This document shows, piece after piece, positions 53,791 through 64,000 of a stretch of 64,000 bases of DNA. The DNA is from Myxococcales bacterium. Lineage in GTDB: Bacteria; Myxococcota_A; UBA9042; JABWCM01; BTVJ01. The notes under the pieces are model-generated. The model saw only the letters and a list, made by a program, of their open reading frames with translations, did not search any database and had not been told where the DNA came from. Where the stretch lies: contig BTVJ01000005.1 of the NCBI GenBank assembly GCA_045863395.1, positions 32,001-96,000 of the forward strand, read 5' to 3'. The position numbers and the translations under genes are program-made. Within the stretch, counting starts at the first letter, position 1. Each line of letters begins with the position of its first letter.

Positions 53791-55116
53791 CTACCCCTTA
53801 CGACCGCGCACCCGCGGGGCCTTTGCGCCTGCGAACCCCTCGTAGTTCCTTGTGATCAGGTGCGACTCGATCTGCTGCACAGTGTCGAGAGCCACACCAA
53901 CCACAATCAGCAGTCCCGTCCCCCCGAAGAAGAACGGAACTCCGAGCTCCGCCTGCAGAAACGTCGGCAGCACGCACACCGCACTGATGTACACCGCACC
54001 ACCAAACGTGATGCGCGTGAGAACCCTGTCGATGTGCTCCGCGGTCTTCTTTCCTGCACGAATGCCCGGGATGAATCCGCCGTACTTCTTCATGTTGTCG
54101 GCCACGTCCACAGGGTTGAACGTCACCGCGGTGTAGAAGTAACAGAAGAAGATGATCAGGGCGACGTAGATCACGTTGTAAAGCATGTTCCCCGGTATCA
54201 ACGTGTTCTGAATCCAGATCACGATTGACGAATCCGGCAGGATGTTGCCAAGGGTCGCCGGGAACAGCAGGATCGACGAGGCAAAGATCGGCGGGATCAC
54301 ACCGGCCGAGTTCACCTTCAGAGGAAGGAACGTGCTCTGCCCGCCGTACTGCCGGCGACCGACAACCTTCTTCGCGTACTGCACAGGGATCCGTCGCTGC
54401 CCTCGCTCAAAGAAGATGATGACCGCGATGACCGCGAGAATCACCACCCCGATTATCACCAGGGTCAGCGGAGGAAGCTCACCGCCACCAAACGTGGACA
54501 GCCTGAAGGTCTGGACCACGGCGTCCGGTAGCCCTGCGATGATGCCCGCAAAGATGATCAGCGAGATGCCGTTTCCGATCCCGCGCTCCGTGATCTGCTC
54601 ACCGAGCCACATCAGGAACACCGTGCCGGCCGTCAGGCTTATCACGGTGAGCACCTTGAACAGCAGCCCCCCTTCGACCACGACGCCCTGTGCAACCTGC
54701 GAGTTCAAGCTCTCCAGCCAGAACGCGATCCCCATACCCTGCACGAAGGACAGCAGCACAGTTCCGTATCGAGTGTACTGGTTGATCTTGCGCCGCCCCT
54801 GCTCTCCCTCCTTCTGGAGCTGCTCCAGGTGCGGAATCACCACACCCAGGAGCTGCAGGATGATGCTCGCGCTGATGTACGGCATGATGCCGAGCGCAAA
54901 CACCGAGAGCTGCTCCACGGCACCGCCGCTGAACATGTTGAAGAGCCCGAGGAATCCGCTCTGGCCGCTGCGGACGTAGTCGATCATCACGTCCCGGTTT
55001 ACCCCAGGGACGCTGACGAAAACTCCGATCCGGTAAACGGCGAGCATCGCAAGCGTATACAAGATCCGCTTGCGAAGCTCGGGAATCTTCCCGATGCCCT
55101 CGAAGCTGTTAGCCAC
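53791..55116 (-). CDS. secY: Preprotein translocase SecY
   Basis: [35 protein letters not shown] and [11 protein letters not shown] motifs. Confidence 0.99.
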   Translation of the reverse strand: MANSFEGIGKIPELRKRILYTLAMLAVYRIGVFVSVPGVNRDVMIDYVRSGQSGFLGLFNMFSGGAVEQLSVFALGIMPYISASIILQLLGVVIPHLEQLQKEGEQGRRKINQYTRYGTVLLSFVQGMGIAFWLESLNSQVAQGVVVEGGLLFKVLTVISLTAGTVFLMWLGEQITERGIGNGISLIIFAGIIAGLPDAVVQTFRLSTFGGGELPPLTLVIIGVVILAVIAVIIFFERGQRRIPVQYAKKVVGRRQYGGQSTFLPLKVNSAGVIPPIFASSILLFPATLGNILPDSSIVIWIQNTLIPGNMLYNVIYVALIIFFCYFYTAVTFNPVDVADNMKKYGGFIPGIRAGKKTAEHIDRVLTRITFGGAVYISAVCVLPTFLQAELGVPFFFGGTGLLIVVGVALDTVQQIESHLITRNYEGFAGAKAPRVRGRKG

Positions 55117-55552
55117 CAACCACCTCGATGTGTCCGCCCAGCTTCTCGATGGCCTCCCGTGCCGCCTGGCTGATCCGGTCGACCTTCACATTGAGCTTGC
55201 GGGTCAACTCACCCTTTGCGAGCACCTTGACGCCATCCCACTGTCCCTTGACGAGCCCCGCAGCCTCCAGCGCCTGGCGGTCCACGGTGGCCCCCTCGTC
55301 GAAGCGCTCCAGCTGCGCCAGGTTCACGATGGCATACTCCTTGCGGAAGATGTTCGTGAAGCCTCGCTTCGGGAGCCTGCGACGCAGGGGCATCTGGCCG
55401 CCCTCAAAGCCACGCTTGATCTGCCGGCGCGCTTTCTGACCCTTCTGGCCGCGGCCGCAGGTCTTGCCGAGGCCGGAACCAAGCCCGCGGCCCACGCGGA
55501 CCCCCTTCGTAACCGCGCCCTCGGGCGGCTTCAGCCTGCTCAGCTCGTTCAT
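55109..55552 (-). CDS. rplO: 50S ribosomal protein L15
   Basis: [11 protein letters not shown] and GFEGGQMPL motifs. Confidence 0.98.
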   Translation of the reverse strand: MNELSRLKPPEGAVTKGVRVGRGLGSGLGKTCGRGQKGQKARRQIKRGFEGGQMPLRRRLPKRGFTNIFRKEYAIVNLAQLERFDEGATVDRQALEAAGLVKGQWDGVKVLAKGELTRKLNVKVDRISQAAREAIEKLGGHIEVVGG

Positions 55553-55598
55553 GTGCGTCTCCGTTCCGAGAGGAAACCTGGCCCGCGGGGGCCAGGAC

Positions 55599-55778
55599 CT
55601 ACTCCTCCACCGTGATGAGGTGGCCGATCTTCTTGATCAGCCCGCGGTTGGATGGCGTGTCCTCCACCTCGCGGGAATCCCTGATCTTTCTCAAGCCCAG
55701 AGCCAGCAGCGACTTCCGCTGGCTTTCGGGCCGGCCGATACTACTCTTCTGCTGGGTCACTTTCAAGCGCTTTGTCAT
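55599..55778 (-). CDS. rpmD: 50S ribosomal protein L30
   Basis: Below the ORF-track cutoff; [33 protein letters not shown]...[16 protein letters not shown]. Confidence 0.96.
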   Translation of the reverse strand: MTKRLKVTQQKSSIGRPESQRKSLLALGLRKIRDSREVEDTPSNRGLIKKIGHLITVEE

Positions 55779-55810
55779 CGCCCGATGCTCCTTCGATCAG
55801 CCCTGGGCGC

Positions 55811-56332
55811 CTACCCGCGGAGGTGTTCCCCGGCCGCGGCCCGACGCGCCTGCGTCTGGTCGGGGCTGGAGAGCTGCTTCAACGCGTCGAATGTCGCGTG
55901 GATCACGTTGTGCGGGTTCCGCGTCCCGAGGCACTTCGTCAAGATGTTGCCCACTCCCGCGGACTCCACGACCGCGCGCACAGGCCCGCCGGCGATGACG
56001 CCGGTTCCCTGGCTGGCGGGCCGCAGGACCACTCGACCAGCACCAAAGTGCCCAAGCGCCTCGTGTGGGATCGTGTTGTTGATGATGGGCACCTGGATCA
56101 TGTTCTTCTTCGCGCGCTCGCCGCCCTTGCGGATCGCCTCGGGCACCTCGTTGGCCTTGCCCAGCCCGTAGCCAACGCGGCCATTCTGATCACCGACAAC
56201 GACCAGAGCCGAAAAGCTGAAACGACGCCCGCCCTTGACGACCTTCGCCACCCGGTTGATGTAGACGACGCGATCCACAAGATCGCTCGGCTCCTCTGTC
56301 CGGCCTCGCGGGGCTCTCCTGTCCTTCTCCAT
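55811..56332 (-). CDS. rpsE: 30S ribosomal protein S5
   Basis: [16 protein letters not shown] and GTGVIAGG motifs. Confidence 0.98.
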   Translation of the reverse strand: MEKDRRAPRGRTEEPSDLVDRVVYINRVAKVVKGGRRFSFSALVVVGDQNGRVGYGLGKANEVPEAIRKGGERAKKNMIQVPIINNTIPHEALGHFGAGRVVLRPASQGTGVIAGGPVRAVVESAGVGNILTKCLGTRNPHNVIHATFDALKQLSSPDQTQARRAAAGEHLRG

Positions 56333-56351
56333 GTCCCGTGCTCCTGGTCCC

Positions 56352-56729
56352 TTAGAAGTCCAGCCCGGCCTCGCGTGCTGCGTCCGCAACAGCGGTCACG
56401 CGGCCCGTGTACAAGAAGCCATTGCGGTCGAACACCACCTTCGTGATGCTCTTGTCAAGGCACAGCTTCGCGGTGAGTTCCCCGACCTTCTTCGCGGCGC
56501 CCGTCTTATCCAGCTCGTCGAGACCATCGCGAAGCTGCGGCGACAGGGTCGACGCTGCCACCAGCGTGCAGCCGGTCTCGTCGTTGATGACCTGCGCGTA
56601 GATGTGCTTGTTGCTGCGAAACACGGAGAGGCGGGGCCGCTCCGCAGTCCCTCGGATGGTCGCTCGCAGCCGAACCTTTCGCCGGACCCGTGAGGCGACC
56701 CGCCCACTCTTCAACTTTGCCTTCATCAC
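56352..56729 (-). CDS. rplR: 50S ribosomal protein L18
   Basis: [16 protein letters not shown] and VVFDRNG motifs. Confidence 0.98.
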   Translation of the reverse strand: MMKAKLKSGRVASRVRRKVRLRATIRGTAERPRLSVFRSNKHIYAQVINDETGCTLVAASTLSPQLRDGLDELDKTGAAKKVGELTAKLCLDKSITKVVFDRNGFLYTGRVTAVADAAREAGLDF

Positions 56730-56788
56730 TCGCTCCTGTCGGCGCGCTTGCCGATTGCAGGCCAGACGTGGCTCGCCTGCGTCCCGCG

Positions 56789-57331
56789 TTACTTGCCGCC
56801 GGACTTGCCAACCTTGCGACGGATCGTCTCCTCGGCGTACTTCACACCCTTGCCCTTGTAGGGCTCTGGCGGTCGGAAGCCGCGGACCTTTGCTGCCGCC
56901 AGACCCAAGGTCTCCCGGTCCGATCCCTCAAGGGTGATCTTCGTCTGCTTCTCGACCGTGGCCTTGACCCCGTCAGGAAGCTCATAGCGGACGGGGTGGG
57001 AATACCCAAGGGTCATCACGAGCGTGCTCCCGGACACCTCGGCGCGGTAGCCCACGCCTGTGATCTCCAGGTCACGCTTGAAGCCCGTGGACACGCCCGT
57101 CACCATGTTCTGCAGCAGAGAACGAGCCAGGCCGTGGAGCGCCTTGCTCTGACGGTCGTCCTTCTCCGGTTCGATAACGATGTGCCCGTCCTTCAAGGAC
57201 AGGACCACCCCAACGAAGCTCCGCTCCTGCGCTCCACGCGGCCCCTCCACCCGCGCGGTGGATCCGCTCACGTGGACCGTCACCTTGGGCGGAATCGCGA
57301 CGGGCTTCTTTCCAATTCTCGAAAGAGCCAC
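56789..57331 (-). CDS. rplF: 50S ribosomal protein L6
   Basis: SRIGKKP, GVGYRA and PEPYKGKG motifs. Confidence 0.98.
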   Translation of the reverse strand: MALSRIGKKPVAIPPKVTVHVSGSTARVEGPRGAQERSFVGVVLSLKDGHIVIEPEKDDRQSKALHGLARSLLQNMVTGVSTGFKRDLEITGVGYRAEVSGSTLVMTLGYSHPVRYELPDGVKATVEKQTKITLEGSDRETLGLAAAKVRGFRPPEPYKGKGVKYAEETIRRKVGKSGGK

Positions 57332-57340
57332 GATAGCCTC

Positions 57341-57739
57341 CTACCAGATTGAGCAGATGTACTCGCCGCCGATCCCTCGGCGCCGAGCCTCCGCGTCCGT
57401 CACGAGCCCAGATGACGTGGAGATGATCCCCATCCCAAGGCCGTTGAGCACCTTGGGGATCTCCTTGCCCTTCACATAGCGACGCTGTCCCGGCCTGCTC
57501 TCGCGCTGGAGAGCCAGAATCGCGTTCTCCTTCGGAGAGATCCACTTCAGATCGATGTGGATGAGTCCCTGCTTCCGGTCATCCAGGAGTTGGAAGTCCC
57601 TGATGAACCCCTGATCCTTCAGGATCTCGGTAATGCGGGTCTTCAGCTTCGAGGTCGGGACCTCCACCGACTCATGGTGCGCCATGATGGCGTTCCGAAT
57701 CCGGGTAAGGTAGTCCGCGATCGGGTCGGTCATGCTCAT
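57341..57739 (-). CDS. rpsH: 30S ribosomal protein S8
   Basis: DPIADYLTRIRN and SRPGQRRY motifs. Confidence 0.98.
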   Translation of the reverse strand: MSMTDPIADYLTRIRNAIMAHHESVEVPTSKLKTRITEILKDQGFIRDFQLLDDRKQGLIHIDLKWISPKENAILALQRESRPGQRRYVKGKEIPKVLNGLGMGIISTSSGLVTDAEARRRGIGGEYICSIW

Positions 57740-57795
57740 CGATTCACCTCACGAACGGCCGGGCGGTTCACGCACTTGCGCGCCTGCCCACCGTG

Positions 57796-57987
57796 CTACC
57801 AGCTCGACTTGATCACACCAGCGAGGTCGCCCCGCAGCGCCAGCATGCGCATACAGATGCGGCACAGGCTGAACTTCCGCAAGAACCCGCGCGGCCGCCC
57901 GCAGTGCTTGCAGCGGTTTCGTACCCGCACCTTGAAGCGGTACCGTTCCGGGTGGCTCGCCCTCTCCAACTGTGCTTTCCTGGCCAA
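57796..57987 (-). CDS. rpsN: 30S ribosomal protein S14 (short Zn-binding type)
   Basis: [11 protein letters not shown]...LCRIC...KSSW. Confidence 0.97.
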   Translation of the reverse strand: MARKAQLERASHPERYRFKVRVRNRCKHCGRPRGFLRKFSLCRICMRMLALRGDLAGVIKSSW

Positions 57988-58050
57988 GGTCGTTCTCCTC
58001 TCGAATCCCTTCGGATCCCACGATGTACGGGTAGCGAGTGTCCCCTGCGG

Positions 58051-58593
58051 CTACCGCCTGAACGGCATGCCAAGCTGCTTCAGGAGCGCCCGGCACTCGT
58101 CGTCCGTCCGAGCCGTCGTCACGATCGTCACATTCAGGCCCCGGATCCGCTCGATCTTGTCGTAGTCGATCTCCGGAAAGATGATCTGCTCGCGAACCCC
58201 CAGGGAGTAGTTGCCGCGTCCGTCGAACGCCTTCGGGCTCGTGCCCTTGAAGTCGCGGATTCGCGGGATGGCGACCCCAAGAAGCCGGTCAAGGAACTCC
58301 CACATCCGGTCCCGCCGAAGCGTGACCATCGCGCCGATGTTCATGCCCTGACGAAGCTTGAAGGTCGCGATGGACTTGCGCGCCTTGGTCACGACGGCCT
58401 TCTGGCCGCTGATGGTGGTCAGCTCCTCGACGGCCTGCTCGATGGCCTTCGGGTTCTGAATTGCCTCTCCGAGCCCCATGTTCAGGGTGACCTTGGTGAT
58501 GCGAGGGACCTCCATCACGTTCGTATACCCGAACTCCTTCATGAGCTGCGGGGCGATCTGCTCCTGATACAGACTCTTCAATCGCGGCGCCAT
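58051..58593 (-). CDS. rplE: 50S ribosomal protein L5
   Basis: [18 protein letters not shown] and IFPEI motifs. Confidence 0.98.
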   Translation of the reverse strand: MAPRLKSLYQEQIAPQLMKEFGYTNVMEVPRITKVTLNMGLGEAIQNPKAIEQAVEELTTISGQKAVVTKARKSIATFKLRQGMNIGAMVTLRRDRMWEFLDRLLGVAIPRIRDFKGTSPKAFDGRGNYSLGVREQIIFPEIDYDKIERIRGLNVTIVTTARTDDECRALLKQLGMPFRR

Positions 58594-58653
58594 TGTCAGT
58601 GCTCCTCTGCGCGTTCGGACGTCGGCTGGTGCGACTGTCCCGCGCACCTGCTG

Positions 58654-58980
58654 CTATTCGATGGTCTCGCCGCTCTTGGCGTCGTACCGGACCTTGCGCT
58701 TCGAACCGTCCTCGGCCTCGATGAACTTGCGCTTCACCTTGAGAGGCTGGTCGGTGGTCGGGCTCACGAGCATCACGTTCGAGGCGTTGATCGGTGCCTC
58801 CTTGTCGATGATGCCTCCCTGCGGGTGCTTCTGGGTCGGCTTCTGGTGGCGCTTGACCACGTTGACCTTCTCCACCAGCACCCGGGTCCCGCCCTCCACG
58901 ACACGCAGGACCTTGCCCCGCTTGCCCTTGTTCTTTCCGGCGATCACCAGCACGGTGTCGTTCTTCTTGATTCTGGCCAT
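58654..58980 (-). CDS. rplX: 50S ribosomal protein L24
   Basis: KOW motif [28 protein letters not shown]. Confidence 0.98.
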   Translation of the reverse strand: MARIKKNDTVLVIAGKNKGKRGKVLRVVEGGTRVLVEKVNVVKRHQKPTQKHPQGGIIDKEAPINASNVMLVSPTTDQPLKVKRKFIEAEDGSKRKVRYDAKSGETIE

Positions 58981-59037
58981 TGTTCGTCTCACTCTTCCGA
59001 AGGGGTCGGGGTCACAGTACCTGACCGCACGCGGGCC

Positions 59038-59406
59038 CTATAGTACCTCGGGAGCCAGCGAGATGATCTTCATGAATCGCTGCGCGCGAAGCTCTCGTGC
59101 CACCGGCCCGAAGATGCGCGTGCCGATTGGCTCGCGCGCCTGGTTGATCAGCACCGCCGCGTTCCCGTCGAACTTGATGTAGCTCCCATCCGCCCTCCGG
59201 ACCTCCTTGGCGGTCCGAACGATGACGGCCTTCACCACATCGCCCTTCTTGACCTTGCTCTTTGGAATCGCTTCCTTCACCGAGACGACGATGACGTCGC
59301 CCAGGGACGCGTACTTCCGCTTCGAGCCGCCCAGCACCTTGATGCACTGCAGCTTCTTGGCTCCCGAGTTGTCAGCAGCACTCAGGAATGTCTGCATCTG
59401 AATCAT
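59038..59406 (-). CDS. rplN: 50S ribosomal protein L14
   Basis: ADNSGAK and [12 protein letters not shown] motifs. Confidence 0.99.
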   Translation of the reverse strand: MIQMQTFLSAADNSGAKKLQCIKVLGGSKRKYASLGDVIVVSVKEAIPKSKVKKGDVVKAVIVRTAKEVRRADGSYIKFDGNAAVLINQAREPIGTRIFGPVARELRAQRFMKIISLAPEVL

Positions 59407-59448
59407 GCTGCACCTGCCTTCCCTGTTGCCAGCCCGAAGCGGGGCGGC

Positions 59449-59478
59449 ACACTAGTCGTATTCTCCATCCTGCGTCAA
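59449..59478 (-). promoter_or_regulatory. Probable spc operon promoter
   Basis: TTGACG-18 nt-TAGTGT in the rpsQ-rplN gap. Confidence 0.55.
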
Positions 59479-59566
59479 GTGCCTCTGGGCCACTCTTGCG
59501 GGAGGGCTCGAAAATTCAGGTGGTTCGGTCCTATGCTCCCAGAAGGGAACGGGCCGGGCCACGGCC

Positions 59567-59830
59567 TCAGATGCGGGCGGGACGCTCGATCAACCGCGAC
59601 ACCCTCCAGTGCTTGTCCTTCGACAAGGGGCGTGTCTCTTCGATCAGGACGACATCACCGAGCTGGTACTGGTTCGTCTCATCGTGCGCCTTGTAGCGCT
59701 TGCGACGTCGGACGAACTTCTTGTAGACGGGGTGCTGCACCAGCGACGAGACCTCGACGACCACCGTCTTGTCCATCTTGTCGCTGACGATCTTGCCCGA
59801 CAGGCTCTTGCGGGTCCCGCGCTCGCTCAT
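59567..59830 (-). CDS. rpsQ: 30S ribosomal protein S17
   Basis: [10 protein letters not shown] and ETRPLSK motifs. Confidence 0.98.
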   Translation of the reverse strand: MSERGTRKSLSGKIVSDKMDKTVVVEVSSLVQHPVYKKFVRRRKRYKAHDETNQYQLGDVVLIEETRPLSKDKHWRVSRLIERPARI

Positions 59831-60039
59831 GCCTTCTCTCCGCGAATGGCGGCGAGCTCGCGCTCTCGCCGAACCGTCTTCATCTGGGCCAGGTTTCGGC
59901 GAGTTGCGCCGAGCTGCGCCGTGTTCGAGAGCTGCCCTGTCTTGTGCTGGAAGCGCAGACGGAACAGGTCCGCGGCCGAATTCTCCAGCGCCGCGGACAG
60001 CTCTTCATCATTCAGGGATCGGATCTCGTCGAGTTTCAT
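59827..60039 (-). CDS. rpmC: 50S ribosomal protein L29
   Basis: LFRLRFQ..TGQL motif; synteny. Confidence 0.96.
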   Translation of the reverse strand: MKLDEIRSLNDEELSAALENSAADLFRLRFQHKTGQLSNTAQLGATRRNLAQMKTVRRERELAAIRGEKA

Positions 60040-60455
60040 GCCACGATCTCGCCTTTCTTGATGACCTTCGCCCTGATGGGCAGCTTCTGCGCGGCCAGCG
60101 CGAAGGCCTCCTCGGCCACGTCGGCAGCGACGCCGTCCATCTCATAGAGCATCCGGCCGGGCTTCACGACGCACACCCACTCTTCCGGCGAACCCTTGCC
60201 CTTACCCATTCGGGTCTCGGCGGGCTTCTTCGTGATAGGCTTGTCCGGGAAGATCCGAATCCAGACCTTTCCCTCGCGCTTGATGAAGCGGGTCATCGCG
60301 ATACGAGCCGCCTCGATCTGGCGCGACGTGAGCCAGCCGCACTCCAGGGCCATCAGCCCGAACTGGCCAAACGAGACCTCATTGCCGGTGTAGGCAAAGC
60401 CGGTCATCCGACCCTTCATCTGCTTCCGGTGCTTCATCTTCTTCGGTGCCAGCAT
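60036..60455 (-). CDS. rplP: 50S ribosomal protein L16
   Basis: QIEAAR and RMGKGKG motifs. Confidence 0.99.
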   Translation of the reverse strand: MLAPKKMKHRKQMKGRMTGFAYTGNEVSFGQFGLMALECGWLTSRQIEAARIAMTRFIKREGKVWIRIFPDKPITKKPAETRMGKGKGSPEEWVCVVKPGRMLYEMDGVAADVAEEAFALAAQKLPIRAKVIKKGEIVA

Positions 60456-60535
60456 CTCTTCCTCGCTCGGGGCTCACGGCGCCCGTCGTCTCATTGGGAG
60501 CGCACCTCAGCTCGGTGCACTGCCGGTCGCGGCCT

Positions 60536-61159
60536 CTACAGGATCTCGCCCTTGTAGATCCAGCACTTCACCCCAATGATCCCATAGGTTGTCTTGGCCT
60601 CTGCGAAGCCGTACTGGATGTCGGCACGCAGCGTGTGGAGCGGAACCCGCCCCTCGCGGTACCACTCGTAGCGGGACATCTCAGCTCCGCCGAGGCGGCC
60701 GGAGCACGCGATGCGCGTTCCCTTCGCACCGAACTTCATCGCCGTCTGCATGGCCTTCTTCATGGCTCGCCGAAACGACACGCGGCGCTCGAGCTGGGTG
60801 GCAACGCTCTCCGCCACGAGCTGGGCGTCCGTCTCTGCCTTGCGAACCTCGTGAATGTTCAGGATGACGTCGCTGCTCGTCAGCTTCTCGACATCCTTCT
60901 TGAGACCCTCGGCCCCGGTCCCTTTCTTGCCGATCACGATGCCGGGACGCGCCGTGTGCACGTTGATCTTGACCTTGTTGGTCGCCCGCTCGATGTCGAT
61001 CGAGGAGATGCCCGCGTGGTAGAGCTTCTCCTTGATGTACTTCTTGAGCTTCAGATCCTCGTGAAGCCACTGGGCGTAGTTCTTCTCCTCGTACCAGCGG
61101 GAGTTCCACGTCTTGATGACGCCCAGCCGAAACCCGGTCGGATGTACTTTCTGGCCCAC
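60536..61159 (-). CDS. rpsC: 30S ribosomal protein S3
   Basis: GQKVHP and [12 protein letters not shown] motifs. Confidence 0.99.
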   Translation of the reverse strand: MGQKVHPTGFRLGVIKTWNSRWYEEKNYAQWLHEDLKLKKYIKEKLYHAGISSIDIERATNKVKINVHTARPGIVIGKKGTGAEGLKKDVEKLTSSDVILNIHEVRKAETDAQLVAESVATQLERRVSFRRAMKKAMQTAMKFGAKGTRIACSGRLGGAEMSRYEWYREGRVPLHTLRADIQYGFAEAKTTYGIIGVKCWIYKGEIL

Positions 61160-61203
61160 AGTCGCCTCTCCTGCGTTCGCGCCACTCCCGAAGTTGCCGG
61201 GGG

Positions 61204-61539
61204 CTAGCCGCGCTCCTTGACCACAACGGTAATGTGGCTCGTCCGCTTCTCTACTCTGGTGGCGCGCCCCATGGCGCGCGGGAGGTATCGCTTCAGGGTT
61301 GGCCCCTCATTGACGAAGGCCTCGGAGACGTACAGCTTCGCGACCTGCGCGTTGAACTGCTCCTTGGCGTTCGAGATGGCGGAGCCGAGCAGCTTCGCAA
61401 CGGGGTCGGTCGCCCGGCGATTTGTGAACCGCAGGGCCTCCAGAGCCTCGTCGACGTACTTGTCCCGGATCATGTTGATGATGACCCGCGTCTTTCGGGG
61501 CGTCATCCGCACGTGACGCGCAGTTGCCTTCGCTTCCAT
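61204..61539 (-). CDS. rplV: 50S ribosomal protein L22
   Basis: PRAMGRA and SHITV motifs. Confidence 0.98.
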   Translation of the reverse strand: MEAKATARHVRMTPRKTRVIINMIRDKYVDEALEALRFTNRRATDPVAKLLGSAISNAKEQFNAQVAKLYVSEAFVNEGPTLKRYLPRAMGRATRVEKRTSHITVVVKERG

Positions 61540-61560
61540 GACTCGCTCCTTGCGGGCGCC

Positions 61561-61854
61561 CTACTTCTTGCCCTTGCCGGCAGCCTTCGCCTTCTTGTCC
61601 CCGGCGTGTCCGTGGAACGTGCGCGTCGGCGCAAACTCGCCAAGCTTATGACCCACCATGTTCTCATCCACGAACACTGGGACGAACTTCTTCCCATTGT
61701 GGATGGCGAACGTGAGGCCAACCATCTGCGGTATCACCGTCGAACGACGTGACCACGTCTTGATGACCTTCTTGGAGCCCGCTCGGACTGCGGCGTCGAC
61801 CTTCTCGAACAGATGGCCGTCGATGAACGGCCCTTTCTTGATTGAACGTGGCAC
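61561..61854 (-). CDS. rpsS: 30S ribosomal protein S19
   Basis: RSIKKGPF and MVGHKLGEF motifs. Confidence 0.99.
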   Translation of the reverse strand: MPRSIKKGPFIDGHLFEKVDAAVRAGSKKVIKTWSRRSTVIPQMVGLTFAIHNGKKFVPVFVDENMVGHKLGEFAPTRTFHGHAGDKKAKAAGKGKK

Positions 61855-61894
61855 GGTGCTCTCCTCCGGGTCCGCGCTGCGGCGGGTTGCCCCT

Positions 61895-62725
61895 CTAGCG
61901 GCCCTTTCCGCGGCGCTTCACGATGAACGTATCGGTACGCTTGTTGTGTCGAGTCTTCGACCCCTTGGTCGGCCGCCCCCATGGAGTCACCGGGTGACGT
62001 CCACCCGAGGTGCGCCCCTCGCCGCCGCCGTGGGGGTGGTCCACCGGATTCATCGCGACGCCTCGCACATGGGGTCGGAATCCCAGCCAGCGAGTCCGGC
62101 CTGCCTTGCCCGAGCGCACGTTCTCGTGGATCGCGTTGCCCACCTCACCGACCGTTGCGCGACACTCGGCCAGCACGTTGCGAAGCTCGTTGGAGGGCAG
62201 TCGGACGAGCGCGTACTTGCCCTCCTTGGCCATGAGCTGCGCGGACGTGCCCGCCGAGCGGACCAGCGCTCCCCCCTTGCCGGGCTTCAGCTCGATGTTG
62301 TGGAGCTGGGTGCCCACGGGGATTGCGCGCAGGGGCAATGAGTTGCCCGGCTTGATGTCGGCCTTCGCGCTGCTGATCACGGTCTCGCCCACCACCAGGT
62401 TGTTGGGCGCGAGGATGTACCTCTTCTCCCCGTCCAGGTAGTGGAGAAGCGCGATCCGCGCCGATCGGTTCGGATCGTACTCGATGGCGGCGACCGTCGC
62501 GGGGACGCCGTACTTGTCCCGCTTGAAGTCGATGACGCGGTACCGTCGCTTGTGACCGCCTCCCCGGAAGCGCACCGTGATGCGACCGTAGGCGTTTCGT
62601 CCTCCGGACTTGGAGAGCGGCTCGATCAGCCGCCGCTCCGGCGTCGACTTCGTGATCTCCGCAAAGTCGCTCGACGTCATCAGGCGCCGGCCGGGGCTCG
62701 TCGGGTTGTATCGCTTGATTCCCAT
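61895..62725 (-). CDS. rplB: 50S ribosomal protein L2
   Basis: EYDPNRSA and [13 protein letters not shown] motifs. Confidence 0.99.
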   Translation of the reverse strand: MGIKRYNPTSPGRRLMTSSDFAEITKSTPERRLIEPLSKSGGRNAYGRITVRFRGGGHKRRYRVIDFKRDKYGVPATVAAIEYDPNRSARIALLHYLDGEKRYILAPNNLVVGETVISSAKADIKPGNSLPLRAIPVGTQLHNIELKPGKGGALVRSAGTSAQLMAKEGKYALVRLPSNELRNVLAECRATVGEVGNAIHENVRSGKAGRTRWLGFRPHVRGVAMNPVDHPHGGGEGRTSGGRHPVTPWGRPTKGSKTRHNKRTDTFIVKRRGKGR

Positions 62726-62728
62726 CGT

Positions 62729-63025
62729 CTACATCCCTTCGAAGAAGTCGATGGCGTGTCCCTCCTTGAGGGTCACGAAAGCCTTCTTCCAGTTCGGGCG
62801 TCGACCGATGAACCGGCCGACCCGCTTGTTCTTGCCCCGAACGATGCTGGTCCTCACCTCGGAAACCTTCACGTTGAACAAGCTCTCGATCGCCTGCCGG
62901 ACCTGGATCTTGTTGGCGTCCGTGGAGACCTCGAACACGTACTCGTTGTTGGCGTCCTTGAGGTCGTTGGCCTTCTCCGTGATGTGCGGGCGGCGCAGGA
63001 CCTTGTAGAGCTCGTCCTTCGTCAT
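62729..63025 (-). CDS. rplW: 50S ribosomal protein L23
   Basis: PHITEKA and WKKAFVTL motifs. Confidence 0.98.
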   Translation of the reverse strand: MTKDELYKVLRRPHITEKANDLKDANNEYVFEVSTDANKIQVRQAIESLFNVKVSEVRTSIVRGKNKRVGRFIGRRPNWKKAFVTLKEGHAIDFFEGM

Positions 63026-63645
63026 GGCTTCAGCGCTCCTTCGATCGCGCGAATCGAGTCCTGGCTGAGGACGATCGCGTCGAACCGCAAGACGTCATAG
63101 ACGTTGAGCCCCTCAGGTGCGAGGAACTTCACGTCCCTCAGGTTCCGTGCGCTCAGCTTCAGGTTCCTGTTCGTACCGCCATCCACCACCAGGGTCTTGG
63201 TCAGGTCGAACCCGCTCAGGACCTTCACGAGCGCCTTCGTCTTGATCTCGGGCAGCTCAAAGCGATCCACCACGACGAGCCTGCGCTCCACGAGCCGCCC
63301 GGTCAGCGCAGAGCGAAGCGCCGCTTTGCGCACCTTCTTCGGTACCGTGTAGGAGAAGTCGCGCGGCTTCGGCCCGAGAATCGTGCCTCCACCCTTGAGC
63401 GTCGGGGCCCGACGAGATCCGCGCCTGGCGCGACCCGTCCCCTTCTGCTTGAAGAGCTTGCGCGTCGAGAACTTCACCTCGGAGCGGGTCTTGGTGTTCG
63501 CCGTCCCGGAGCGGCGGTTCGCAAGCTGCATGCGAACCACTTCCCAGTAAAGGTGCTCCTTGACCGGCGCCGCGAACACGGCGTCGTCCAGCACCATCTC
63601 GCCTACCTTCTGTCGGGCGAGGTTGTATACGTCGATCTGCGGCAT
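63022..63645 (-). CDS. rplD: 50S ribosomal protein L4
   Basis: [16 protein letters not shown] and LSARNL motifs; GAGGAGG RBS. Confidence 0.98.
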   Translation of the reverse strand: MPQIDVYNLARQKVGEMVLDDAVFAAPVKEHLYWEVVRMQLANRRSGTANTKTRSEVKFSTRKLFKQKGTGRARRGSRRAPTLKGGGTILGPKPRDFSYTVPKKVRKAALRSALTGRLVERRLVVVDRFELPEIKTKALVKVLSGFDLTKTLVVDGGTNRNLKLSARNLRDVKFLAPEGLNVYDVLRFDAIVLSQDSIRAIEGALKP

Positions 63646-63658
63646 CGGAGTCCTCCTC

Positions 63659-63964
63659 TCAGGCCTTGATCTCGACGTCCACACCGGCCGAGAGATCGAG
63701 CTTCATGAGGGCATCCACGGTCTGCTGCGTGGGCTCCACGATGTCGATCAAGCGCTTGTGCGTCCGGATCTCGAACTGCTCGCGGCTCTTCTTGTTCACG
63801 TGTGGTGAACGAAGGACCGTGTACTTGTTGATCTTCGTGGGGAGCGGAATCGGTCCGGCGATCCGAGCTCCGGAGCGCCGCACGGTGTCCACGATCTCGC
63901 CCACAGACTGGTCCAGCAGTTTGTAGTCGTATGCCTTCAGTCGAATCCGGATCTTCTGCGCCAT
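63659..63964 (-). CDS. rpsJ: 30S ribosomal protein S10
   Basis: [16 protein letters not shown] and SREQFE motifs. Confidence 0.99.
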   Translation of the reverse strand: MAQKIRIRLKAYDYKLLDQSVGEIVDTVRRSGARIAGPIPLPTKINKYTVLRSPHVNKKSREQFEIRTHKRLIDIVEPTQQTVDALMKLDLSAGVDVEIKA

Positions 63965-64000
63965 CGCTCCAAACTCCTCCGCTCTCACTCGCCGGGCCTG

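Overview
This is a high-GC, almost entirely coding housekeeping region of a bacterial chromosome. Gene content (Hanks-type kinase, PilZ and FYDLN-acid proteins, orphan sigma-28, nadC-birA-coaX-fusA2 block) suggests a Myxococcota/deltaproteobacterial-type organism; that assignment is inference. The right quarter is the S10-spc-alpha ribosomal protein cluster followed by tRNA-Gln and tRNA-Glu. The rest holds gpmI, a heme A synthase, fadD, metK, rplM-rpsI, gyrA, dnaJ, dnaB, ugd, two GT-C-like membrane proteins and several unknown lipoproteins. I found no transposase, integrase, CRISPR array, DGR or defence island. The most notable observations are: (1) a ~787-aa secreted fibre/adhesin-like gene at 1-2362, missing from the ORF track, with CxxC repeats, a duplicated 106-aa module and a Cys-rich tip; (2) rplC is absent from the S10 operon (rpsJ abuts rplD); (3) two EF-G paralogues are degenerate in complementary places, one lacking the catalytic His and the other lacking the domain IV tip motifs; (4) a divergent infA, with adk and map missing after secY; (5) several uncharacterised envelope proteins (CsgG-like lipoprotein plus beta-barrel partner, PorV-like barrel, lipoprotein with ExbD-like domains). 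All family assignments come from recognising motifs by eye; no searches were run.
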